A program made the translations under genes and the position numbers. Under the pieces are notes generated by a model, which saw only the letters and a list, made by a program, of their open reading frames with translations, had not been told where the DNA came from and did not search any database. A DNA stretch of 54,970 nt, the filler included, from an uncultured virus (IMG/VR IMGVR_UViG_2049941000_000201) (Duplodnaviria > Heunggongvirae > Uroviricota > Caudoviricetes). It is 8 parts of one record of this genome, joined end to end, with 100 filler letters (N's around TTAATTAATTAA, not from the genome) between each part and the next. Parts side by side here need not be neighbours in the genome. Positions count along the whole stretch, not along the records: positions 38,811 to 53,329 come from IMGVR_UViG_2049941000_000201; 7 more parts are not named here. The stretch is one strand, 5' to 3'. The number at the start of each line of letters is the position of its first letter. Positions within the stretch are counted from its first letter, which is position 1. This document shows positions 41,829 to 51,918 of this stretch, piece by piece.

Positions 41829-43775
41829 ATGAACCCTACAAGCAAATTCATAAACGACCTGAAAAGGGCGGGAGGTATGACGCGCGTAAAGTTGCGCCGT
41901 TTGAAGGCGCGAACGTGGAAATATCCGCTTGCCCTTGAACGGCAATATACTTCGTCCATTTCAAGCTTCCTGCAAAAGCGGTGGAAGGCTTACGCCGCCG
42001 TTGCTGTACCGATGATGGTTCCGCGAGAAGATGCGCTTGAAGATTTGGAGCCGGAGCCGGGAACTAACGGCCCAGCTATCGGCGGTATCGTCAATATCGC
42101 AAGGACTGTTGACAAGTTCAACAGGAAAGAACTGCAGGCGTTCAAGGAAATCGCCATCGGGGAGGCGTTCGCAGAAGATGAACCGTGGGTGAAGAACGTT
42201 ATAGACTCATGGTCTCGCGAGCAGGTCACTCTCATAACCAAGGCTTCGCAGGACATGCTGGACACCGTAGCCCGTCGCATACGCGAAGGCGTTAAGGCTG
42301 GCAAGAGCGCAAGGCAGGTAACCGCCATGATAAATGCGGACCTTCCGGGCATTAGCTACAGACGGGCTAGAATCATCGCACGTGACCAGACCGCAAAGCT
42401 GAACTCCGCGCTTACGCAGGGCAGAATGGCTGACGCCGGAATAGAGACCTACATTTGGAGCACGTCCGAGGACGAGCGAGTAAGAGGAAATCCTACAGGC
42501 CTTTATCCTAAAGCGTTGCCGAGCCATTATGTGATGAACGGCAAGATTTGCCGCTGGGACGATCCGACCGTATGGCTTGAGAACGGCGAGTGGGTGAAGC
42601 GTACCGGCGATGCGCCGTATTTTCACCCCGGAATGGCTATCATGTGCCGTTGCGTGGCTATACCTAACTGGGATGAACTTGAGGGCGTCGGTGCAAGCGA
42701 ATTGCCGGATATTGAGCCTACCGAGGCGCCTAAAACCGAAATCAAGGAAACTGAAATCGACGAGAACTTAGGCGTTTTCACCGATGAAAAGATTTTTATG
42801 GACATGCTGTCCGTAAGGTTCCCAGATTCCTCAAGGATTTCCAGTTCAGTAAAGAAAGACGCCTTTTCAAGAATAAAGCGGCTTGACGGAGCCGTACAGC
42901 TCGCCTATTCAGATACATTTACGAAGTTTGTCAACAATGTAAAAAGCAGCAGCCGGAGTTCTTTTGGCGTTTTCGGCAAGGAAGTCAATATAAAGAAAAA
43001 CGGCTCCACCGGTGGCGATGTTGTCCATGAGCTAGGCCATGCCCTTGACCGTAAGATAGGCGTTGCGCACAACGCTCTTTACGCTTCGAAAATAAAGATG
43101 TCAAAATATGGCAACAGGAACCTTGGCGAAATTGTCAAGGACGATCTTGTAACTCCGATTGTCGAAGCCGTTACAGCCGAACGCAAGGATACTGTCAAGA
43201 GGCTGTTGAAGGAAATCCCGAATGAATGCAAGACGGCCTTGAAGGACGCTTTGAATAGGGCTGGGTCTTCTCGATACGACTGGATAATGGCCGTTCGCAA
43301 GTCGGCAAAAAACATGGATGATTACAGCAAGGTCATTACGGTTGTAGGCACCATTGAAGACAAGTCCATGTTCGAGGCTCTTGTAAATGGCGAAAACAGT
43401 AAACTTGTTGACTATATCCTTGAAAGGCTTGAACGAAGAGAATTCGCCGGGAACCTTACGGCTGTTGACCGTTACAGCAAGACTTTGAACGGGCTTGTGG
43501 AACTTTCAAAGAAGGGCGGTGACGAGCATTCTGTTTATGGTGCCTTGTCCGACATGTTCGAGGCCGGAACGGGCATACAGAACTACTTCGGCATATACGG
43601 TCACGGTTCAAGATATTGGAGGGGTTTTGACGGCGACAGCAACAAATGCACGGAGGCGTTCTCGGAAATTCTCGAAATGCTTTCTAGCCCGAACGATAAC
43701 GCAAGGAAAATTCTTGACAAGTACCTTCCGACGGCACGCGACTTTGTATTAGATTTGATAAAGGAGACAAAATAA
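41829..43775 (+). CDS. MuF-like minor head protein with C-terminal HExxH metallopeptidase extension
   Basis: RA.IIARDQT.K, Y.WSTS.DERVR and HPG..I.CRC, then HELGH, GHG..YW and EAFSE. Confidence 0.88.
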   Translation: MNPTSKFINDLKRAGGMTRVKLRRLKARTWKYPLALERQYTSSISSFLQKRWKAYAAVAVPMMVPREDALEDLEPEPGTNGPAIGGIVNIARTVDKFNRKELQAFKEIAIGEAFAEDEPWVKNVIDSWSREQVTLITKASQDMLDTVARRIREGVKAGKSARQVTAMINADLPGISYRRARIIARDQTAKLNSALTQGRMADAGIETYIWSTSEDERVRGNPTGLYPKALPSHYVMNGKICRWDDPTVWLENGEWVKRTGDAPYFHPGMAIMCRCVAIPNWDELEGVGASELPDIEPTEAPKTEIKETEIDENLGVFTDEKIFMDMLSVRFPDSSRISSSVKKDAFSRIKRLDGAVQLAYSDTFTKFVNNVKSSSRSSFGVFGKEVNIKKNGSTGGDVVHELGHALDRKIGVAHNALYASKIKMSKYGNRNLGEIVKDDLVTPIVEAVTAERKDTVKRLLKEIPNECKTALKDALNRAGSSRYDWIMAVRKSAKNMDDYSKVITVVGTIEDKSMFEALVNGENSKLVDYILERLERREFAGNLTAVDRYSKTLNGLVELSKKGGDEHSVYGALSDMFEAGTGIQNYFGIYGHGSRYWRGFDGDSNKCTEAFSEILEMLSSPNDNARKILDKYLPTARDFVLDLIKETK

Positions 43776-44017
43776 TGACAACCGACGAACTTCTGAAAAA
43801 CAGCGAGCTCGAAGATTACTGCCTCTTGAACGGCTATTCAATAGTTTATAACAGATGGACCGATTCGCTTGTATTTTCCCGAGACGGTAATGATTACATT
43901 GTCAAGGAAGAATTTTCAGACGATGATGTCTTGAAGGCAATCGAAGGACTGCCCGAAGGCGATCCTCTGATTCAGTTCCTTGAGCAATACGAGCCGCCAG
44001 CCGACGAAATCTTGTGA
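43775..44017 (+). CDS. Small acidic protein, candidate immunity protein
   Basis: 80 aa, translationally coupled (TAATG) to the MuF gene, RBS AAGGAG. Confidence 0.6.
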   Translation: MTTDELLKNSELEDYCLLNGYSIVYNRWTDSLVFSRDGNDYIVKEEFSDDDVLKAIEGLPEGDPLIQFLEQYEPPADEIL

Positions 44018-44132
44018 TTTTGCAACGAGGGATGGTATTGAAGGCGGTGTTTTGCCGTTTTCAAGGCCGTTTTTTGTACATTATGCTTAAAATTTTGTTA
44101 TTATTTTCTTAAAATAAAATTATATTTTGGGT

Positions 44133-45341
44133 ATGAACAAGAAAAAAGACTCTTTGCAGGTGTCCCAAAGCCGCCTAGACTGGTATCAGGACGCCATCAA
44201 TTACGAGACGAACCCGGCTGAAAAGACCGCCGAGGGATTCTTGATTGCCCGTGCTCCGGTGACTTCCATCGGTGTTTTTTCTTACAGAAACCCGGACGGT
44301 TCCGAACGCCGAGAGCTTCGCCTTCCCGAAGAAGTCTTTGCCGAAGAAAGCCTTGCGTCGCTAAAGATGAAGCCGCTCACGCTTCTTCACCCTGACGAAA
44401 AGGTTACGCCCGAAAACGTCGGCAAGTTGTCCGTCGGTTCTGTAGGCTCCGACGTGACATATGATTCATACAGAGTTTATGTGTCTTTGACCGCGACGAA
44501 AAAAGACGCCATAGACTCCGTTGAAAACGGTTCTGCGCGTTCCCTTTCTTGCGGCTATGATTGCGACATCGAATGGACTAGCGGTACGTGGATGGGCATG
44601 AAATACGACTGCATCCAGCGCAAGATCCGCTACAATCACGTCGCTCTGGTCCCGGTTCCGCGAGCTGGCGACGGAAACGCTATCCGCATGGATTCCGCAG
44701 GAACTCCGACTCTCCCCGACATGAACAAGCACGAAAATAACACGAACCAAGAGGACAAGATGGACAAGATTCACCTTGACGGGGCTGATTATCAGGCGGA
44801 GCCCCAGGTAATTGCCGCCTATAACAAGGCCGTGGACCGCGCCGACGGGCTTGAAAAGGAACTCGAAAAGGCGCGTACTGACGCCAAGGAACAGCTCGAC
44901 AAGCTTACCGCCGCAAAGTCCACCGTCGAAGCCGAACGCGACTCCATCAAGGAACGCCTCGACGCAATGGAAAATGAAATGCCGGGCAAGATTGAAAAGG
45001 CAATCAAGGACCGTCTTGAACTTGTTGGCAAGGCTACCGCCGCAGGCGTTGAAGTCAAGGCCGACATGGCCGATGCCGACATCAAGAAGGCTGTCATTTC
45101 CAAGGTATTCCCGTCCGCAAATCTTGATGGCAAGGATGATGCCTACATCGCAGCGCGTTTCGATTGCGCTTGCGAACTTAGCGCCACCAAGGGCGACGAA
45201 AAGAGCCGCAAGGACGCAGCGGACATTCCGTCTGCAAATCACGAACTTTCCGCCCAGGATCAACTCGATGCCGCCAAGAAGCGTTACAACGAACGCATGG
45301 ACGGCGCCTGGAAGGATGAACCCAAGAACAAGGAGGCCTAA
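44133..45341 (+). CDS. DUF2213 prohead protease/scaffold protein
   Basis: EGFL, ELRLPEEVF, LSCGY and NHVALV..RAG motifs, coiled-coil C-terminal half. Confidence 0.9.
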   Translation: MNKKKDSLQVSQSRLDWYQDAINYETNPAEKTAEGFLIARAPVTSIGVFSYRNPDGSERRELRLPEEVFAEESLASLKMKPLTLLHPDEKVTPENVGKLSVGSVGSDVTYDSYRVYVSLTATKKDAIDSVENGSARSLSCGYDCDIEWTSGTWMGMKYDCIQRKIRYNHVALVPVPRAGDGNAIRMDSAGTPTLPDMNKHENNTNQEDKMDKIHLDGADYQAEPQVIAAYNKAVDRADGLEKELEKARTDAKEQLDKLTAAKSTVEAERDSIKERLDAMENEMPGKIEKAIKDRLELVGKATAAGVEVKADMADADIKKAVISKVFPSANLDGKDDAYIAARFDCACELSATKGDEKSRKDAADIPSANHELSAQDQLDAAKKRYNERMDGAWKDEPKNKEA

Positions 45342-45343
45342 TC

Positions 45344-46078
45344 ATGGCTGCTTATGGTAATATGGACAAGGGCCTGCCGGGCGAACTGGTTGGCCTCACC
45401 AACACTCATCAGATTGACTCCCGTCTCGCAAAGGGCGCCGTTCCGTTCGGTGGTCTTTGCTTTGGCACGGGCGATGGCGAACAGGTGACCGCAAAGGGTG
45501 ACGGCGCCATTCTCGGTATCGCCGCTCGCACAGCACTCGACACTCCCGAATACGTAGATGGCGAAGCCGTCAACGTTTGCCGCACCGGCAAGATTTTCGG
45601 CGTTGCTGGCGAAGCAGTCTCCGCCGACGACGAAGTGTCCGTGAACGCATCCACCGGCAAGATCGTCGCCAAGACTTCTGCTGCCGCTGGCGCAAAGCGC
45701 ACCGTGACGATTACCGTTTCCGGCACGTCCGCCGCAAGCAAGGTCGTTACCGTCGTTGTCGGTGACAAGGTCGCCCAGGTGAACACCACCGACGATGTGA
45801 AGGCCGCCACCGATGTTGCTGCCGCACTTAAGGCCGCGCTCGCCGCACTTGACATCCCGTTTGTCGCAAGTGTCGCTTCCGCCGTCGTTACCCTCACCGC
45901 AAAGGAAAAGGGTGCCGCCGCCAACGACATCGCCGTGACCGGCTCCACCACCGACTCCACGCAGACCGTGACCGTTGCAAATGGCACTTCCGGTTCCGAT
46001 GTTGTCCTGAACCCCGGATGGTTCGCTCGTTCCACTGCTGAAGCTGCCAATGACTTGGTCATTGTGGACCTCGGCTAA
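45344..46078 (+). CDS. Head decoration/cement protein with an inserted domain
   Basis: Between protease and MCP. VPFG, G..VNV.R.GKI motifs and an A/T/V-rich insert. Confidence 0.75.
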   Translation: MAAYGNMDKGLPGELVGLTNTHQIDSRLAKGAVPFGGLCFGTGDGEQVTAKGDGAILGIAARTALDTPEYVDGEAVNVCRTGKIFGVAGEAVSADDEVSVNASTGKIVAKTSAAAGAKRTVTITVSGTSAASKVVTVVVGDKVAQVNTTDDVKAATDVAAALKAALAALDIPFVASVASAVVTLTAKEKGAAANDIAVTGSTTDSTQTVTVANGTSGSDVVLNPGWFARSTAEAANDLVIVDLG

Positions 46079-46096
46079 TTTAAGGAGAATTTAAAA

Positions 46097-47140
46097 ATGG
46101 CTGAACAGAATATGAGACTCGATGCTAACGAGCAGGTGTTCTTTGACAACCAGCTTGCTCTTGTCAAGAGCCGCACCTACGACGTGCAGCACAAGGCCCT
46201 CAAGGCCTTACAGCTTCTCCCGGTGTCCACTGAACAGGATCCGGGCGCAACCCACATCATTTGGCGTTCTTACGACAAGGTGGGCATGGCAAAAATTATC
46301 GCCGACTATGCAAACGACTTCCCGCGCGCAGACATTGGCGGTACGGAACACTCCAGCCCGGTCAAGGACATCGGCGCTTCCTACGGCTACTCCGTCAAGG
46401 AAATCCGCCGCGCACAGAAGGCAGGCATTTCTCTCGACACCAAGCGTGCCGAAGCTGCCCGCCGCGCAATCGACGAAAAGCAGGACTCCATCGCCTGGAA
46501 GGGCGATGCAAAGTCCAAGCTCCCCGGTTTCTGGAANNNNNNNNNNAGTCAACGTTTGCCGCACCGGCAAGATTTTCGGCGTCGCTGGCGAAGCAGTCTC
46601 CGCCGATGCCGAAGTGTCCGTGAACGCATCCACCGGCAAGATTGTTGCAAAGACTTCNNNNNNNNNNCCGAGTACGTCGCCGCCAACAATGCCGGCGGTA
46701 CGTCTAAGGCATGGGCCAACAAGACCGCAGACGAAATGGTAGCCGACTTCTCCGGCCTCGTTTCCGCAGGTCCGGAATCCACCAACGGCATCGAACAGCC
46801 GGACACGGTTATCTTGCCGCTTTCGCTCTACTTGAAGCTCCAGAACACGCCTTACGGTTCCAACCGCGACAAGACAGTTCTCGGCTTCATCCGCGAAAAC
46901 TTCCCGCAGATTACCCGTATCGACTGGGTTGCCGACCTCGCTACAGCAGGTGCAGGCGGTGTGTCCCGCGTTGTCGCATACGCACGCGACCCGATGAAGG
47001 TCGAAGTGCAGATTCCGCAGCGCTTCGAACAGATGCCGCCGCAGCTCAACGGCATGGTGTACGACATCCCGTGCTTGCAGTCTACCGGTGGTACCATCGT
47101 GTACTACCCGATGTCCGTCGTGTTCTGCGACGGTCTCTAA
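46097..47140 (+). CDS. Major capsid protein (DUF2184 family); 46547-46657 is a misplaced decoration-gene fragment
   Basis: YDKVGMAKII.DYA.DFPRAD, YGYS..EI and GG...YYP motifs. Confidence 0.92.
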   Translation: MAEQNMRLDANEQVFFDNQLALVKSRTYDVQHKALKALQLLPVSTEQDPGATHIIWRSYDKVGMAKIIADYANDFPRADIGGTEHSSPVKDIGASYGYSVKEIRRAQKAGISLDTKRAEAARRAIDEKQDSIAWKGDAKSKLPGFWXXXXSQRLPHRQDFRRRWRSSLRRCRSVRERIHRQDCCKDFXXXXEYVAANNAGGTSKAWANKTADEMVADFSGLVSAGPESTNGIEQPDTVILPLSLYLKLQNTPYGSNRDKTVLGFIRENFPQITRIDWVADLATAGAGGVSRVVAYARDPMKVEVQIPQRFEQMPPQLNGMVYDIPCLQSTGGTIVYYPMSVVFCDGL

Positions 47141-47358
47141 TAGAGTCTCCTGTGTAGAGACAACCCCCGGCATACGGGGATGCAAGATTTAACGGTTTTG
47201 TATAAAATAGTANNNNNNNNNNAATCGTGTACTACCCGATGTCCGTCGTGTTCTGTGACGGTCTCTAATAGAGTCTCCTGTGTAGAGACTACCCCCGGCA
47301 TACGGGGATGCAAGATTTAACGGTTTTGTATAAAATAGTATGCCAAACCTTTAATTTG

Positions 47359-47394
47359 GGTGTAGGGTCATGCCCGGCCCTACACCTTTTTTTT
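47359..47394 (+). terminator. Intrinsic terminator downstream of the capsid gene
   Basis: GGTGTAGGG/CCCTACACC stem plus T8. Confidence 0.8.
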
Positions 47395-47429
47395 AACAAA
47401 GGGCTATTATCTAAACAGGAGATAATATT

Positions 47430-47816
47430 ATGTTGGTTAATTACAAGAACGCAAACATGCTTGTTGTCGAAATGGGTAACGGCAAGCAGAAACTCATGCT
47501 CGTTCCAGGCATCAATGTCCTCGATGACAAGGTTTGGGAAGGCGCGAAGGCTACTCTTGACGCAAAGATCAAGGACGGAGTTGTCGTTCCCATCTACAAG
47601 ACCACGAAGAAAGACGGCAAGGAAATCGAAGAGCCGTGCAAGCCCGATGAAATTCCTAACGACAAGCTCGATGGCGTAGTGAACGAAATCCAGTCTGAAG
47701 CACAGGCGGACAAGTTTGTCGAAGCCTCCACAAAAGAATCCGTGCGCGCAAAGGGCATGAACCGCAAGAACGCTATCGCCAAGGAACTCAAGGAACGCGA
47801 AAGCGAAAACAAGTAA
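47430..47816 (+). CDS. Hypothetical head-associated protein
   Basis: RBS AGGAG, L.PG.N motif, lies between MCP and adaptor. Confidence 0.7.
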   Translation: MLVNYKNANMLVVEMGNGKQKLMLVPGINVLDDKVWEGAKATLDAKIKDGVVVPIYKTTKKDGKEIEEPCKPDEIPNDKLDGVVNEIQSEAQADKFVEASTKESVRAKGMNRKNAIAKELKERESENK

Positions 47817-47951
47817 TAACGATTGGGAAAGACCATGAGCGTAAATCCTTTGTCTGTTGAACAGTATATCCAGGNNNNNNNNNNAAACGCAATCGCCAAG
47901 GAACTCAAGGACCGCGAAAGCGAAAACAAGTAATAACGATGGGGAAAGACC

Positions 47952-48368
47952 ATGAGCGTAAATCCTTTGTCTGTTGAACAGTATATCCAGGCCGTGGCTC
48001 CTGCATTGATGCAGGACCCGTCTTTGAACGTGTTTATCGAGATGGCGAAGGAACGCACCGACCGCGAATTTTACGGCGTTAAGTACAACCACGCCGTAGC
48101 GCTCATGGCTGCCCATATCGCTTTCCTATTGGGTTCTGGAACTCTTGGGGCTGGCTCCGGTAATGCCGAGGGCGGCTCCACGGGATCCATTACTTCCAAG
48201 CGTGAAGGCGATTTGTCCGTTTCTTATGGCTCCGGTGCCGTTTCTGCTTCTGCCGGTAATCTTGGCGATGCGGAACTTTCGCAGACCCGCTGGGGCCTAA
48301 TGCTCATTTCGTTACGCAAGGGTTGCAAGCCGTTCTTTGGCGTTTGCGGCTCAAGGGGCTGCAGATAA
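47952..48368 (+). CDS. Head-tail adaptor (DUF4054-like)
   Basis: AL.AAH, SK.EGDLSVSY and L.QT.WG motifs. Confidence 0.85.
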   Translation: MSVNPLSVEQYIQAVAPALMQDPSLNVFIEMAKERTDREFYGVKYNHAVALMAAHIAFLLGSGTLGAGSGNAEGGSTGSITSKREGDLSVSYGSGAVSASAGNLGDAELSQTRWGLMLISLRKGCKPFFGVCGSRGCR

Positions 48369-48835
48369 TGTCCGTTTCGTTCGTAAGCAGGGATTTGGGC
48401 AAGGCGAAGATAGAGAGCGAGCTAAAGAAGGCCCGTCGTCTCGTCGCACTTGTCGGTATTCCAAGCGACTCCGAACCCGAAAAGGACTCTGACATCCCGC
48501 TTGCGACAATCGCATACATTAACGAAAAGGGCTCGACCGTGAACAAGATACCTCCGCGCCCGTTCATGAAGCAGACTAGGGAGAGGGCTGAACGCGGCAA
48601 TTTTCCGAAGTTCATGCGCAAGCTGCTGAAAGGACTTTCTAGCGGTTCCGTAACTGCAGAAAAGGCGATAAAGAGACTTGGCGCCGATTACGAAGGGCGC
48701 ATGAAGGATATATTCATCCACGGCTCGTTTGTCGAAAACGCAGAAAGCACTAAAAGGCGCAAGAAAAGCTCAAGACCTCTTATCGATACCGGCCATTTGC
48801 GCCAGTCCATCAAGTACAAGGTGGTAAATCTATGA
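48368..48835 (+). CDS. Neck/tail completion protein
   Basis: IA..NE.G, IPPRPFM and PLIDTG.LRQSI motifs. Confidence 0.85.
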   Translation: MSVSFVSRDLGKAKIESELKKARRLVALVGIPSDSEPEKDSDIPLATIAYINEKGSTVNKIPPRPFMKQTRERAERGNFPKFMRKLLKGLSSGSVTAEKAIKRLGADYEGRMKDIFIHGSFVENAESTKRRKKSSRPLIDTGHLRQSIKYKVVNL

Positions 48836-49109
48836 GCACGCTTTTTCCTAGAACTATATCTATCTTGCGCCGTGTCGGTTCTCGCGTAAACGGCCGTTGG
48901 ACTTCCGAAGAGACATCAATGAATGTTACAGGCTCCGTACAGCCCGTAAGCGGCAAGGATACGCAGTTTTTGCCGGAAGGCCGACGCGATGTCGGAACGG
49001 TAAAGGTCTATTGTAACGAGCGCCTGAACGTAAGTGTTGAGGGGTCTGAAAATTCAGGAGATGTAGTCATTTGGCGAGGAAAGAAATGGGAGGTTTTCCA
49101 GGAGCTTGA
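48832..49109 (+). CDS. Head closure protein (fragment)
   Basis: GSVQP..LPEG.R and D.V.W.G..W motifs. Confidence 0.75.
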
Positions 49110-49131
49110 NNNNNNNNNNGGAGGCTTCCTT

Positions 49132-49665
49132 ATGAGCGTTACAGACAACACTCAACTTTGGGATGTCCTTTATTCGTGGGCAAGCTCAGTATTGAACGGG
49201 GTCGAAGTAACCGAGAGCCACGAAAACGCACCTACGCCTAGCGGAAACTTTGTCTGCATAGACTATGCAGGATCATGGAGACTCGCCGGGACAACCGCTT
49301 CACGTATGAACGTGAACGATACTGAACATGTGGCTCCTCGAATATATGTGTACAAGGGCGAAATCGAGATAAGGGATGTTGACGGCAACGGCGACAACCT
49401 TATGAAACTTGTGGAATCGCTCGAAACGCAAGCGGTGCTAGACTTGTTCGCAGACGCGGGAATCAGCGTGTTAAAGACGAACGGGCCTAACGACTTGCCG
49501 GCATTGCAGCAGACGAAATGGAGGCGCGAGAGCGTCCTCACTCTTGAAATGACTTGGGCTAGGGGCTATGCCGGCGATACTCTTGCAATGAAGTCCGTTG
49601 ATATTGAGCAGCACGACCACGACAACCCGCAGGAAGTGATTAACGAAATTTTTGTAGAAAGTTGA
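49132..49665 (+). CDS. Tail terminator-like neck protein
   Basis: Position directly before the sheath. RBS GGAGG. Confidence 0.6.
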   Translation: MSVTDNTQLWDVLYSWASSVLNGVEVTESHENAPTPSGNFVCIDYAGSWRLAGTTASRMNVNDTEHVAPRIYVYKGEIEIRDVDGNGDNLMKLVESLETQAVLDLFADAGISVLKTNGPNDLPALQQTKWRRESVLTLEMTWARGYAGDTLAMKSVDIEQHDHDNPQEVINEIFVES

Positions 49666-49717
49666 TTTTTGGACATTCAAAAAGATTAAATTTATATTGA
49701 ACAATAGGAGGCCACAA

Positions 49718-50767
49718 ATGGCACTAAAAGACATCGTAGAAGTGAACATCACAAGGCAGACAACCTCTGTCGCGGTTGCGGCCTTCAATGTCCCGCTTAT
49801 TCTTTCCCAATTCGCTACGAACAAGACCACCACGGCGTTTACACGCGCCCGCGTCTATGGCAGCGTTGCAGAAATGGCAAGCGACGGATGGACAAGTTCC
49901 GACGCGGTTTACAAGATCGCGAACGCCATCTTTTCGCAGAACCCGAGCGTAAACAAGATTGTCGTGGGCCGCAAGGACTCGAACGACGCAACCGTCGATG
50001 CCGCGCTCAACGCAATCGCAAACGAGAACAACGACTGGTACGGCATTGTTGTTGACCAGGCATTGGTCTCCAGCTTCGCTGACGTTGCTTCCTGGGTCGA
50101 AACGGCAAAGAAGTTCGCAATCTTCTGGATTACGGACGTGAACGCATACGACCCGAGCAAATCTACTGACTTGGCATCAGTCCTCAAGCTCGCCAATCGC
50201 AACCGTTCCGCGGTCGTTTGGCACGCAACTCCGGCTGGTGGCGCAGACTATCCCGATGCCGCTTGGATGGGCGAAGGCTTCCCGTATGAACCGGGTACAT
50301 CGACATGGGCATACAAGACGCTCAACGGCGTTACTCCCGATACGCTTCTTGCAAGCCAGGAAACAGCGCTCAAGAACAAGAACTGCAACTATTACATGAC
50401 CGTCGGCGGCGTGTCCATCACGCAGGAAGGCAAGGTTGCAAGCGGCGAATACATCGACATCATCATCGGTACGGACTGGATCGAAGCCCGCCTCCGTGAA
50501 GCCGTATATTCCGCACTTGTGAACAACCGCAAGATTCCGTATGACGACACGGGCATCGCCATGATTGAAGGTCTTGTAAAGGGCGTCCTCAACGAAGCCG
50601 CAAGCAAGGGCATCTTGCAGGCGGATTCTATCGCCGTTACGGTTCCGAAGTACGCGGACATCCCGCAAGCAGACAAACTTGCAAGAAAGTTGCCCGATGT
50701 CAAGTTCTCTGCACTCTATCAGGGCGCAATCCACAGCGTAACAATCAACGGCACGATTTCCGTGTAA
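49718..50767 (+). CDS. Tail sheath protein (DUF3383-like)
   Basis: IVEVNI, TWAYKTL.GV, G.YID...G.DW, KIPY.D.G and GAIH motifs. Confidence 0.92.
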   Translation: MALKDIVEVNITRQTTSVAVAAFNVPLILSQFATNKTTTAFTRARVYGSVAEMASDGWTSSDAVYKIANAIFSQNPSVNKIVVGRKDSNDATVDAALNAIANENNDWYGIVVDQALVSSFADVASWVETAKKFAIFWITDVNAYDPSKSTDLASVLKLANRNRSAVVWHATPAGGADYPDAAWMGEGFPYEPGTSTWAYKTLNGVTPDTLLASQETALKNKNCNYYMTVGGVSITQEGKVASGEYIDIIIGTDWIEARLREAVYSALVNNRKIPYDDTGIAMIEGLVKGVLNEAASKGILQADSIAVTVPKYADIPQADKLARKLPDVKFSALYQGAIHSVTINGTISV

Positions 50768-50784
50768 ACTAAAAGGAGTCTATC

Positions 50785-51216
50785 ATGGCAGACTTGACCG
50801 TAAAGACTTACGACCCGAAGCAGGTCGTCATTACATTCGGCGTCATTCCAATCAGCGGTTATGCCGATGGAACGTTTGTTTCCGTCAACCGCTCCGGCGA
50901 CGCTTTCACCAAGAAAAAGGGCGCAGCCGGTGATGTCGAACGCGTGAACAAGAACCAGGGCGATTTCGAAGTCACCGTTACGCTCTTGCAGACCGCGGCT
51001 GTAAATGCCGAACTGTCCGCAGCACTTGCTGCAGACCAGCTCACCAACGCTGGCGTTTTCCCGCTCACCATCAAGGACTTGCTCGGCAATACGTTGTTCT
51101 TTGCTCCCCAGGCCTGGATTCGCAAGGACCCGGAATGGGAAGATGGCGACGATACGAACAGCCGTGCATGGGTCTTTGACACCGGCATCGGTTCAAACCT
51201 CGTCGGAGGTAACTAG
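50785..51216 (+). CDS. Tail tube protein (DUF3277-like)
   Basis: TYDPK.V, G.ADGTFV and TL.QT motifs, directly after the sheath. Confidence 0.9.
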   Translation: MADLTVKTYDPKQVVITFGVIPISGYADGTFVSVNRSGDAFTKKKGAAGDVERVNKNQGDFEVTVTLLQTAAVNAELSAALAADQLTNAGVFPLTIKDLLGNTLFFAPQAWIRKDPEWEDGDDTNSRAWVFDTGIGSNLVGGN

Positions 51217-51218
51217 TA

Positions 51219-51916
51219 ATGCTCTCCCCGATTACTAAGGACATTTCCGACTACTCCGTCCATTTCAGACCGCTTCCGGCAACAAGGGCTTTCGTTCTTG
51301 CAAAGAGGGTGGGCGCCTTTGCGCTTCCCGTCTTGAAGTCTATCGACCTCTCGAACCTTGGCGGCGAAATCGACTTGAACAAGATAATCGACGGAATATC
51401 GAACGCACTTGCATCGTTGCCCGATGACGAGGCCGTTGACATCATCGTTGACAGCCTCCGCGGTTCCACTATCACGGCGCCCGGACAGGCCCCGGTCGAG
51501 ATTACGGACAGGGCTCAAGTCGATGCGCTTTTTGCAGGAGACCTTGAAACCATGTACCAGATTGTTTTCGAGGCGTGGAAATACAACAAGCTCGCCCCTT
51601 TCAAGTTGGCGGCTCGCTTTGGTCTGCAAACGAAAGTAACAGATACCTCAAGCGAAGCCGCAGGCACAGAGACGAAACGTGGGCCGCGATTGGCAATGTC
51701 GGGAGTCTCGCCGATGAAGTAGAGGACAGGTGGCCCATATTGCGTTTGGTCGTAGATATGGGCGTTTCCTTGTCCGAGGTCGAGAAATGGGACCTTGACG
51801 ATATAAGGCACTTCAATTCCATTCTCGATATGCGCCGCGATTGTGAAGCCGCCGCGGACGCATACCAGGCGATGCAAATGGAGCAGATGCGGCAAGCGAA
51901 CGAAAGGAGACGCTAG
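51219..51916 (+). CDS. Tail assembly chaperone pair (short form 51219-51722; -1 frameshift form ending 51916)
   Basis: Between tube and TMP. Slippery site C CCT TTC at 51596-51602 and an overlapping -1 ORF. Confidence 0.82.
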
Positions 51917-51918
51917 GC

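Noticed and set aside
46547..46657. Insertion (intron/intein) in the major capsid gene
   Set aside because: It is a gap-flanked variant copy of the decoration gene placed there by scaffolding.
44466..50734. Long antisense ORFs over structural genes
   Set aside because: Shadow ORFs from codon bias, with no motifs or RBS.
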